NCBI GenBank assembly: GCA_963749705.1
Contig: CAVVNQ010000009.1
Span: forward strand, 1-29,525
Direction of reading: 5' to 3'
DNA from: an uncultured Chloroflexia bacterium
GTDB lineage: Bacteria; Chloroflexota; Limnocylindria; Limnocylindrales; CSP1-4
DNA length: 29,525 nt
The notes below the pieces were generated by a model, which was not told the origin of the DNA, did not search any database, and saw only the letters and a list, made by a program, of their open reading frames with translations. Shown here in pieces: positions 18,721 through 26,726 of the stretch; within the stretch, counting starts at the first letter, position 1; every line of letters starts with the position of its first letter. The position numbers were made by a program, and so were the translations under genes.

Positions 18721-20571
18721 CTACGCCTCCGCGATCACCCCGATGGAGATCCGGAACCCGGCCCGCCGCTGGAGCGGCGGCATCAGCGTGCCCTGGCCGA
18801 CCGGCGCGTCGCCCGGGAACCAGCGGGCCCACTCGTCGTTGAAGGTCTCGAACTCGGTGGGATCGCGGAGCGACCAGTTGGCCCACACCACCTTGTCCAG
18901 CGACGAGCCCGACGCCTCGAGCCGCGCCTTGAGGTTGCCCAGGCACTGGCGGGTCTGCTCCTTGATCCCGCCCGGCACGACCTGCTCCGTCTCCGGGTCG
19001 ATCGGGCCGATCGACGAGACGTAGACCATGCCGCCCGCGACGACGGCCTTGCCCTTGCCCAGCCCGAGCCCGGCGATGTCGGGCATGCCGGTCGTCGTGG
19101 CTCCGCCGAGCCGGGCCTTGAGCGGCCGATCCGGCTTGGCCGGGTTCTCCGGCGGGATGCCGAACTCGCCCGCCGGCAGGTCGATCCCGTTCTTGGAGAA
19201 CTGGCCCATGAACGTGGGCCGGATGCCGGTCGGCTGGAGCTCGCCCTGGATCTTCCCGTTCTCGTCCACGCCGGTCTGCTGGAACACGAAGATGTCCTGG
19301 GTGAGGATCTCGTCATCCTCCATCCCGTAGACCTCGGTGATGTTGACGATCTTCCGCGAGCCGTCCTTGAGGCGGGCGGTATGGACGATCAGGTCCACGG
19401 CAGAGGCGATCTGCTCCCGGATCGCCCGCAGTGGCATCTGGTAGCCCGTCATGAGGACCATCGTCTCGAGCCGGCGGAGCATGTCCTTGGGGCTGTTCGC
19501 GTGCCCGGTCGACAGCGATCCGTCGTGGCCCGTGGTCATCGCCTGGAGCATGTCCAGCGCCTCGCCCGAACGGCACTCGCCGACGATGATCCGGTCGGGC
19601 CGCATGTGCATCGCGTTGCGCAGCAGGTTGCGGATCGTGATCTCGCCCTCACCCTCGAGGTTGGCCGGCCGCGCCTCGAGCGTGATCACGTGATCCTGGC
19701 CCAGCTGGAGCTCGGCGGCGTCCTCGATGGTCACGATCCGCTCGCCGTTGGGGATGAACGAGGACAGCACGTTGAGCGTCGTCGTCTTGCCCGATCCCGT
19801 CCCGCCCGACACGAACAGGTTGAGGCGGGCGTCGATGCACGCGTGGAGGAAGTCGAACATCTCCTGGGTCGCGGTCCCGAACCGGACGAGATCGGCGATC
19901 GTGTACGGCCGGGCCGAGAACTTCCGGACGGTGATGACCGGTCCGACCAGCGACAGCGGCTCGATGATCGCGTTGACGCGCGATCCATCCGGGAGCCGCG
20001 CGTCGACCCTGGGGCTCGTCTCGTCGATCCGCCGGCCGAGGGGCGTGATGATCCGGTCGATCACGCGTAGGACGTGCTCGTCGTTGAGGAACGTGCTGTC
20101 CACGCGCAGGATCTTGCCGTTGCGCTCGATGTACACGTGCGACGGGCCGTTGACCATCACCTCGGTCACCGACTCGTCGTTGAGCAGCGGCTCGAGCGGG
20201 CCGAAGCCCGTCACGTCGTCGGCCAGGGCATCGACCAGGCGCCGTCGCTCGTCGCGGGTCACCGCGAAGCCATCCTGGGCGACGACCCGATCGACGATCC
20301 CCTCGACCTTGGTGCGCACGTCGGTCGCGGCAACATCGAGCAGGGTGTCGAACGCGCCGACGACCTCGGTCTGGAGCCGGGCACGGATCTCGCGCAGGTA
20401 TGCCTCGCGCGCCTGGACGCTGGCGGACGTCGGGGCGGCAGGGGCCATCACCGGGACCAGCGCGCTTGGCCGGCCCGGCTCGGGCATGCCGGACGCCTCG
20501 GGCGCTCCGGCGGAGGCGGCCCGCTCGGCCGCCGCCTGCTGTGCTCGCTCCACCCGTTGGAGCAGCGACAT
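18721..20571 (-). CDS. cpaF: CpaF/TadA-family secretion ATPase fused to a C-terminal Rid (YjgF/YER057c/UK114)-like domain, 616 aa
   Basis: RBS GGGAGG before ATG 20571. GFGPLEPLL, VDARLPDGSRVNA, Walker A GGTGSGKTT, TIEDAAEL, RPDRIIVGECR and His box GHDGSLSTGHA. The last ~115 aa follow the Rid pattern (EQTRQCLGNLKARLEASGSSLDKVV). Confidence 0.88.
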   Translation of the reverse strand: MSLLQRVERAQQAAAERAASAGAPEASGMPEPGRPSALVPVMAPAAPTSASVQAREAYLREIRARLQTEVVGAFDTLLDVAATDVRTKVEGIVDRVVAQDGFAVTRDERRRLVDALADDVTGFGPLEPLLNDESVTEVMVNGPSHVYIERNGKILRVDSTFLNDEHVLRVIDRIITPLGRRIDETSPRVDARLPDGSRVNAIIEPLSLVGPVITVRKFSARPYTIADLVRFGTATQEMFDFLHACIDARLNLFVSGGTGSGKTTTLNVLSSFIPNGERIVTIEDAAELQLGQDHVITLEARPANLEGEGEITIRNLLRNAMHMRPDRIIVGECRSGEALDMLQAMTTGHDGSLSTGHANSPKDMLRRLETMVLMTGYQMPLRAIREQIASAVDLIVHTARLKDGSRKIVNITEVYGMEDDEILTQDIFVFQQTGVDENGKIQGELQPTGIRPTFMGQFSKNGIDLPAGEFGIPPENPAKPDRPLKARLGGATTTGMPDIAGLGLGKGKAVVAGGMVYVSSIGPIDPETEQVVPGGIKEQTRQCLGNLKARLEASGSSLDKVVWANWSLRDPTEFETFNDEWARWFPGDAPVGQGTLMPPLQRRAGFRISIGVIAEA

Positions 20572-20669
20572 GGACTGGACCTCCCTGGGGCGCGCGGGGT
20601 CTCGCGATACGACTTTCTGATCGCGGATCGTCTCGGCCGAAGCCATCGTCGCCCGCAGTCCTCGCGAGC

Positions 20670-20675
20670 ATAGTA
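20670..20675 (-). promoter_or_regulatory. Candidate -10 box (TACTAT) for cpaF
   Basis: Near-consensus hexamer about 100 nt upstream of the start codon. Confidence 0.4.
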
Positions 20676-20825
20676 CGAAGGTGCTAGTCCGTCGTTGCCG
20701 CCGAGCACCACGTGATAGCTCCCGCGGGTGCGGCAGTGGTGGGTTGGGCTGAGTCCAACCCTGAGCGGATGGGTTGCCGTATCGCACCGGATTTCGCGCA
20801 GCAGGGGTCGCGACCGCACCGCCGG

Positions 20826-20845
20826 GATCTTGAGGAGATCTTGAG
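20826..20845 (+). promoter_or_regulatory. Direct repeat GATCTTGAG x2 with 11-bp period; candidate OmpR/PhoB-type response-regulator box
   Basis: Exact 9-mer at 20826-20834 and 20837-20845, upstream of the two-component remnant. Confidence 0.5.
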
Positions 20846-20957
20846 CCAGTCCAGCGGCCACGCTGATCTGCCGGCCCCATCGTGGAAACCGACCCCAAGC
20901 GGGTCCTGAAGCAGATGGAGCCGATGATGATGGGATACGGAGCCGGGATCGGGTTCG

Positions 20958-21383
20958 GCGCACGAACGGCACCAAGCCGCGGCGACGGAGCGATCGATCG
21001 AGATCTCGCTGGGTGCCGTCGCGGACACCGGCGTCCGCGCGGACCGGACCCGGATCGGCCAGGTGCTCGACAACCTCATCGCCAACGCGATCCGCTACAC
21101 GCCTCCCGGCGGACACGTCGAGCTGGGGCTGTCGACCCAGGACGGCCCATGGGTGGTGGTCTCGGTGCGTGACGACGGTGCCGGGCTGACCGCGGAGCAG
21201 GCCACCCGTGTGTTCGACCGTTTCTACCGCGCCGATCCCTCGCGCTCGCGTGACGCCGGCGGCAGCGGCCTCGGGCTCGCGATCACGAGATCGCTGGTCG
21301 CGGCGATGGGCGGCTCGATCGGCGTGGCCAGTCCGGGCGCCGGCGGCGGCACGGTGTTCACCGTGCGTCTGCCCCGATCCTGA
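20958..21383 (+). pseudogene. Sensor histidine kinase remnant (HATPase_c domain only)
   Basis: N box QVLDNLIANAIRYT, G1 DDGAG, F box VFDRFYR and G2 GSGLGLAI. An in-frame stop lies at 20928-20930, and there is no HisKA, HAMP or sensor region. Confidence 0.8.
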
Positions 21384-21407
21384 GCGCCCCGCTCACGCGA
21401 GACCGCC

Positions 21408-21554
21408 CTACTTCCGCCTGGCCATCGCGACCTGGAGGAGGCCGCCGCCCAGGATCCCGGCCATGCCGAGCGCGACGAACGCGAGGTTGCCCGCGACGAA
21501 CAGGCCGAGGACCACGAGCAGAATGCCGATGACCACAAGGGACTCGCTAGCCAC
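21408..21554 (-). CDS. Small two-TM membrane protein, 48 aa (absent from the ORF track)
   Basis: GGAGG RBS, then a GTG overlapping the SRPBCC stop. Translates to MASESLVVIGILLVVLGLFVAGNLAFVALGMAGILGGGLLQVAMARRK with mostly GC-ending codons. Confidence 0.75.
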   Translation of the reverse strand: MASESLVVIGILLVVLGLFVAGNLAFVALGMAGILGGGLLQVAMARRK

Positions 21555-22047
21555 GGGACTGAACCTCCATCGTCATCGCCGATCCCGGCTCCGCCGTGGT
21601 TTCCCGCCTCGCCAGCGCGCGCGCGTAATCCTCCAGCCGGCAAAGCTCGTCGGCGTAGAGCGGACGAACCAGCCGCGGGACGAACAGGCGGGCCGCCAAC
21701 CCTTCGAGGCCCCGGGCGTCGAGGACGGTTTCGAACCGCACCCGCGCACCGCGTCCCGCGGGCTCGACCGTGAACGTGGTCACCAGGTCGGCCGCCGTCT
21801 CCACGAGGACGTGCCCCGGGACCGGCTCGCTGATCGTCGCGGCGATCGTTCGGCGACGACCACCGAGGTCCAGGGCCCAGCTAACCTCGGTCCCGGCCCC
21901 GACGCCGCCACGCGTGATTCGAAGATCGGAGAACGCCGGCGGCAGGAAGCCCTCGGGCCGATGGTGCTCACGGTAGTCCGCGATACAGCGGTAGACGACG
22001 TCCGGCGGGACATCCATCAGGCGCTCGGCGGTAACGGTTGTCTTCAC
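21547..22047 (-). CDS. SRPBCC (polyketide cyclase/START-like) family protein
   Basis: GGAG RBS and GTG 22047. AERLMDVPPDVVYRCIADY, GGVGAGT and TTFTVEP patterns with a C-terminal helix. Confidence 0.8.
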   Translation of the reverse strand: MKTTVTAERLMDVPPDVVYRCIADYREHHRPEGFLPPAFSDLRITRGGVGAGTEVSWALDLGGRRRTIAATISEPVPGHVLVETAADLVTTFTVEPAGRGARVRFETVLDARGLEGLAARLFVPRLVRPLYADELCRLEDYARALARRETTAEPGSAMTMEVQSRG

Positions 22048-22072
22048 TCGCGACTCCAATGCGCTCGGATGC

Positions 22073-22102
22073 GTACCATGTGGTACATGTACCACATGGT
22101 AC
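22073..22102. promoter_or_regulatory. Perfect 30-bp palindrome, candidate double operator
   Basis: GTACCATGTGGTACATGTACCACATGGTAC. Confidence 0.75.
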
Positions 22103-22124
22103 AGAACGCCCTATGAGAATGCAA
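22096..22124 (-). promoter_or_regulatory. Sigma-70 promoter of the SRPBCC gene
   Basis: Minus strand reads TTGCAT-17 nt-TACCAT; the -10 box lies inside the palindrome. Confidence 0.7.
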
Positions 22125-22196
22125 TAGGTGAGGTTGTTGGTAGTGTCTCGTGGCCGCAGCGGGACATCACCATCCAGGCCCGGAAAGGAGCGGCCC

Positions 22197-22604
22197 ATGG
22201 CCACTGTCAGCGTTCGCTACTTCGTCCGCGACATCGACGCCTCGATCGACTTCTACTGCCAGCTGCTCGACTTCCACGTGGAAATGCACCCGAATGCCTC
22301 GTTTGCGATGCTCTCGCGGGGGGACCTCCGGCTGGTGCTCAGCGTCCCGGGCGGGGGGCCGGGCGGTGGCCAGGCCATGCCAGACGGCAGGCTGCCCGAA
22401 CCGGGTGGCTGGAACCGCTTCCAGCTCGAGGTTGCTGATCTCGCAGCCACGGTGGAGGCATTTCGTGCCCGGGGAGCCCATTTCCGCAGCGATATCGTGG
22501 TCGGCGTCGGCGTCAAACAGATCGTGGTCGACGACCCCTCCGGCAACCCGATCGAGATCGATGAGCCGACGATCCCCGAGGCGAGACAGGCACTGTCAAC
22601 CTAG
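22197..22604 (+). CDS. VOC / glyoxalase / bleomycin-resistance family protein
   Basis: RBS AAAGGAG. VRDIDASIDFY, PGGWNRFQLEVADL and DDPSGNPIEI motifs. Confidence 0.88.
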   Translation: MATVSVRYFVRDIDASIDFYCQLLDFHVEMHPNASFAMLSRGDLRLVLSVPGGGPGGGQAMPDGRLPEPGGWNRFQLEVADLAATVEAFRARGAHFRSDIVVGVGVKQIVVDDPSGNPIEIDEPTIPEARQALST

Positions 22605-22920
22605 GGAGGGAGTGCGCGGCTATCGGCCGTCGCCGCATTGTGGGTCGCGCAAGGCGGATCGGTCTGGTCGGGGCGGGAGGAGTTGAGCAGCCGTCGCCTG
22701 CGTCCGGTCATGCGCCGTAGCCGGACCTCAGTGAGCCCGAAGGTGGGGTACGCTCGGATTCGTCCGAATCGATCGGAGGCCGTTGGAGGCAGGCGGTGGC
22801 GCTGGTGGTATGCGCGCCGTCGCTGGCCCGCCGGACGGTCGGTTTGCGGCGGCTGCTGGCCCGTCGCAGGGATCGGATGCGTCCCGTCAACGCGGGGTCA
22901 GCGTGCGACGAGGGCTGGAG

Positions 22921-23757
22921 ATGGGCGACAGCAGAGGGTCGGGTCCAGCGCAGTACGAGAACGCGGGCAGATTCAACGCCAGGGTCGCTCTGCATGCGAG
23001 GTTCCGCACCAATCCGCGACCGTGGCCGGTGTGGGTGTTCGACCAGCTCGAGGGACACGATGGCTGCAGCATCCTTGACGTCGGGTGCGGCACCGGGTTG
23101 CTCTGGCAGGTGAACGCCCCCCGCATCCCGGCGAGCTGGACGCTGGTGCTGACCGACAACTCTGAGGGGATGCTGGCCGAGACCAGGCGGCGCGTGGACG
23201 GGCTCGCGTGTCGCGTCGAGTATCGCGCCATGGACGCCCAGGAGGTCAGCTTTCCCGACGGCGCCTTCGATATCGTCATCGCCAACCACATGCTGTATCA
23301 CGTGCCCGATCGCCGGCAGGCGATCGCCGAGGCGCGTCGCGTCCTGCGGGAGGGGGGAGCCTTCCATGCCACGACCCCGAGCCTCGAAAGCCTGGCCGAG
23401 CTCCGAGCACTGATGCAGGAGTACCGGAACGCCTCGAGCACCTCGAAGGGCACCCTCGACCAGGTTCCGCGCCAGCCTCGCGATCCGATCATCGGGGCGT
23501 TCTCGCTCGAGAACGGTGCGGCACAGGTGGGCGAGCAATTCGCGACGGTCGAGACGCGCACCTATGTCGACGAGCTGAGGATCACCGATCCTGACGCCAT
23601 CGTCGACTACTTCCTTTCCCTCAACGAGATCCGTGAGGGCGAGCGCGTCCTCGCCGATGACGAGGCGGGCGCCTTCCGTGACTTCGTCGCGGCCAGGATG
23701 GCGCGCGATGGCTATCTTTCGGCCACGAACGCCTCGGGCATGTTCGTGGGCCGCTAG
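22921..23757 (+). CDS. Class I SAM-dependent methyltransferase
   Basis: Motif I ILDVGCGTG, TDNSEGML, FDIVIANHMLYHVPD and RVLREGG. Start codon uncertain. Confidence 0.85.
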   Translation: MGDSRGSGPAQYENAGRFNARVALHARFRTNPRPWPVWVFDQLEGHDGCSILDVGCGTGLLWQVNAPRIPASWTLVLTDNSEGMLAETRRRVDGLACRVEYRAMDAQEVSFPDGAFDIVIANHMLYHVPDRRQAIAEARRVLREGGAFHATTPSLESLAELRALMQEYRNASSTSKGTLDQVPRQPRDPIIGAFSLENGAAQVGEQFATVETRTYVDELRITDPDAIVDYFLSLNEIREGERVLADDEAGAFRDFVAARMARDGYLSATNASGMFVGR

Positions 23758-23894
23758 GCGGAGGACCGACGGCCATCGCCGAGAGCGAGCCCGGACTTCC
23801 TTGACCCGCGGGGCGATGTCGGACCTGTTTCACCGGTTCGTCGCGGGGCGCGAGCGTACCATCGGGCATCTCACGCCCATAGAGGTGCCGTCCG

Positions 23895-24746
23895 ATGCTC
23901 GCTCGCGTCCTCACCCGCGCCATCGATGCCCAGGAGCGCTGGGCCAAGCCGCTCGGCGACCGGGTCCATGGGGTCGTCGTCGCGATCTTCGGGCGGATCC
24001 TGCCGCTCCGCGACCTGCTCAACGGGACATGGCTCGGGCATCCGCTCCACGCGATGCTGACCGACGTCCCGATCGGGGCCCTGACGCTGGTCATCGTCTT
24101 CGACCTGCTCGGGCAGCGCGTCGCGGGCGACATCGCCCTCGTTGTCGGGGTCCTGACGATGGTCGCGGCTGCGGCCGCCGGGTTCGCCGACTACTCGGTC
24201 ACCGACGGCAAGGCTCGGGTACGCGCCACCGTCCACAGTGCCCTGATGGTCGCGGCGCTCGTCCTGTACCTCGCCTCTCTGGGGCTGCGCGCCGGTGGGG
24301 CACAGGACCGGACGATGCCGGTGGTGCTGTCGATCGTCGCCTACCTCGTGCTGGCGGGAGGCGCCTTTGTCGGGGGCGACGTCGTCTATGCCCTCGGCAA
24401 CATGGTCGATCGCCACGCATGGCGCCCGGCCGGGGCGAAGTGGCAATCCCTCGAGGTCGGTGAGATCCCCGAAGGCACGCTCGTCAAGGCGAAGGTCGGG
24501 ATCCAGAGCCTCGTCCTCTTCCGCCAGGGCGAGGCGATCCATGTCCTCCACGACCAGTGTGCCCACGCGGGCGGACCCTTGAGCGGAGGAGCGATCGTCG
24601 ACGGCTGCGTCGAGTGCCCGTGGCATGGCTCGCGGTTCGGGCTTGCCGACGGCCGCCGGCGGCGCGGACCGACGGTCTACGATCAGCCGGCCTACGAGGT
24701 CCGCCGGGCTGAGAGCGGCGGCTACGAGGTCCGGCGAGTCTCCTGA
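23895..24746 (+). CDS. Membrane protein (DUF2231-like) fused to a Rieske [2Fe-2S] domain
   Basis: GHPLHAMLTDVPIG followed by four TM helices. Rieske ligands CAHAGGPL and CPWHGSRF. Confidence 0.9.
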   Translation: MLARVLTRAIDAQERWAKPLGDRVHGVVVAIFGRILPLRDLLNGTWLGHPLHAMLTDVPIGALTLVIVFDLLGQRVAGDIALVVGVLTMVAAAAAGFADYSVTDGKARVRATVHSALMVAALVLYLASLGLRAGGAQDRTMPVVLSIVAYLVLAGGAFVGGDVVYALGNMVDRHAWRPAGAKWQSLEVGEIPEGTLVKAKVGIQSLVLFRQGEAIHVLHDQCAHAGGPLSGGAIVDGCVECPWHGSRFGLADGRRRRGPTVYDQPAYEVRRAESGGYEVRRVS

Positions 24747-24787
24747 GGCGGCGCTCGGCGAGCTGGACCGGCACTCTTTGAGCGTCG

Positions 24788-24805
24788 GATGGTATCGTTA
24801 CCATC
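24788..24805. promoter_or_regulatory. LacI-type operator palindrome upstream of the epimerase operon
   Basis: GATGGTA-TCGT-TACCATC with a central CG. It contains the -10-like TACCAT and lies 45 nt before ATG 24851. Confidence 0.7.
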
Positions 24806-24850
24806 GGCGATGTCAGCGTACGGCTCACAGAGGATGAAAGGCGGTCCGCG

Positions 24851-25912
24851 ATGGCCACTGAGCACAGCGATACGGTCCCCGGCACGAACGTCGCGCGCGG
24901 CCTGGGCAAGGACGATCTGATCGTCATTGCCGGCGCGGGTGGGTTCATCGCCGGCTCGCTGACGAGGTACTTCGCGGATCAGGGCTTCACCCGGATCCGG
25001 GCGATCGATCGCAAGCCGCTCCCGGACTGGTATGTGCGGGTGCCCGGCGTCGAGTCGATCTCGATGGACCTCTCGTACCGCGAGAACGCGGTCGCCGCGG
25101 TCGCGGGTGCGACCGAGGTCTACAACCTCGCGGCCGACATGGGCGGCATGGGTTTCATCGAAAAGTTTCGGGTCGAGTGCCTGCGCAGCGTCCTCGTGAA
25201 CACGCACCTGACGGAGGCCGCCTGGCGGGCCGGAGTCCAGCGCTACTTCTTCTCATCGTCGGCATGCGCGTACAACACCGACCTCCAGAAGAGCCCGGAC
25301 GTCATCGCCCTCAAGGAGTCGGACGCCTACCCGGCGATGGCCGAGCGCGGCTACGGGTGGGAGAAGCTGTTCTCGGAGATGGTGTGCCAGGAGTACACCG
25401 CGGAACGCGGGCTCGAGACGCACATCGCCCGCTTCCACAACATCTACGGCCCGAACGGCACCTGGTTCGGCGGCCGGGAGAAGGCACCGGCGGCGATGTG
25501 CCGCAAGGTGATCGAGGCGCAGGACAGCGGCAACCTCCAGATCGAGATCTGGGGTGACGGAACGCAGACGCGGAGCTTCTGCTACATCGACGACTGCCTC
25601 CACGGCATCGACCTCATCATGCATACGCCCCGGTTGATCGCGACCCCGATCAACCTCGGCTCGTCCGAGCTCGTGTCCATCAACGAGCTGGTCTCGATCG
25701 TCGAAGACCTCGCCGGCGTGCACCTCGACCGCACCTACAAGCTCGACGCCCCGAAGGGGGTTGCCGGCCGGAACAGCGACAACACGTTCATCCAGGAGGT
25801 GCTCGGGTGGGAGCCGAACACGCCACTGCGGACCGGGATGGCGGCCACGTACGCCTGGATCCGTGACCAGTACGCGTTGCGCAAGGCGGGCAAGCGCGTG
25901 GTCGAGGGCTGA
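24851..25912 (+). CDS. NAD-dependent epimerase, GDP-mannose 3',5'-epimerase (GME)-like extended SDR
   Basis: GAGGFIA, NLAADMGGMGFI, SSSACAY, YGWEK (YxxxK), RFHNIYGP, GGREKAPAAMCRK and WGDGTQTRSF; these match the GME signature segments. Confidence 0.88.
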   Translation: MATEHSDTVPGTNVARGLGKDDLIVIAGAGGFIAGSLTRYFADQGFTRIRAIDRKPLPDWYVRVPGVESISMDLSYRENAVAAVAGATEVYNLAADMGGMGFIEKFRVECLRSVLVNTHLTEAAWRAGVQRYFFSSSACAYNTDLQKSPDVIALKESDAYPAMAERGYGWEKLFSEMVCQEYTAERGLETHIARFHNIYGPNGTWFGGREKAPAAMCRKVIEAQDSGNLQIEIWGDGTQTRSFCYIDDCLHGIDLIMHTPRLIATPINLGSSELVSINELVSIVEDLAGVHLDRTYKLDAPKGVAGRNSDNTFIQEVLGWEPNTPLRTGMAATYAWIRDQYALRKAGKRVVEG

Positions 25913-25916
25913 CGAG

Positions 25917-26726
25917 TTGTCGGATCCCGCGGCCGGATCCCCGCCCGCACTGCACGAGGTCATCGGCGGTCTCCCCTACCGGCTGCAGCTCGCCGGCGGC
26001 TGGATCGACCAGCCCTGGATGTCGGCGGCGAACCCCGAGCCGTCCGGGTCGATGGTGGTCGTCTCGCTCGAGCCCACCTTCCGCTACATGGACCGCGCCG
26101 GGATGGCGACCGGCACCCGGGCCGCCGCCGAGCGGCTGTGGGGTGGCTCCCTGCCGCGAGGCCGGCCGGCTCGAGAGCTGGTGCGCGAGCTGTATGCGGT
26201 GGAGAACGCCGACAAGGTGGAGCCCTCCGGGTCCCAGGACATGTGCGGCATCGTCTATCCCGGCATCAGCCGCCTCGACTATGCCGCGTCCGCCAACGGT
26301 GGCTGGTTCCCTGCGCACGTCGAAAGCACCTGCGACGACGACGTCGCGAGGTGGCTGGAGCGGGTGGTCCAGCTGGTGCCCGTCATGCAGCGCCCGGTGG
26401 GCTACACCCCGCTCGGCGTCAAGCACCTCGACCCCGGCTGGGTCGCACGGCTCGGCCGGAGCGGCCGGGCATGCTACGAGGCCATCGTCACGAGGGACCT
26501 CGCAGCGCTGGGCGCCTCGCTGACCGAGACGGCAGCGTGCTGGGATGCCCTGCTGCCGCACGTGCATGCCCATCCGACGATCAGCGTGGATCTGCCGGCC
26601 CTGCTCGTCGCGTACCAGGCGGACAGTGCCGGGGCGATGTATTCGGGATGTGGCGGCGGCTACCTGATCGTCGTGTCGGACAGGGCGGTCCCGGGCTCGC
26701 TCCGTGTCTCGGTCCGGGTGCGGTGA
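25917..26726 (+). CDS. GHMP-superfamily sugar kinase-like protein (compact, HddA/fucokinase-related), about 269 aa
   Basis: Motif-1-like PYRLQLAGGWIDQP, motif-2-like RAGMATGT, SGSQD and motif-3-like YSGCGGGYL. TTG start 4 nt after the upstream stop (start uncertain). Confidence 0.7.
   Translation: MSDPAAGSPPALHEVIGGLPYRLQLAGGWIDQPWMSAANPEPSGSMVVVSLEPTFRYMDRAGMATGTRAAAERLWGGSLPRGRPARELVRELYAVENADKVEPSGSQDMCGIVYPGISRLDYAASANGGWFPAHVESTCDDDVARWLERVVQLVPVMQRPVGYTPLGVKHLDPGWVARLGRSGRACYEAIVTRDLAALGASLTETAACWDALLPHVHAHPTISVDLPALLVAYQADSAGAMYSGCGGGYLIVVSDRAVPGSLRVSVRVR

Noticed and set aside
20572-20898. N-terminal extension of CpaF, or a riboswitch in its upstream region
   Set aside because: A strong RBS sits before ATG 20571 and a -10 box lies within the extension. 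I could not match c-di-GMP, c-di-AMP or other riboswitch consensus motifs by eye; an Rfam scan would settle it.
22605-22920. Small ORFs or an ncRNA between the VOC and methyltransferase genes
   Set aside because: No frame gave a recognisable protein or convincing RBS, and only short dyads are present.
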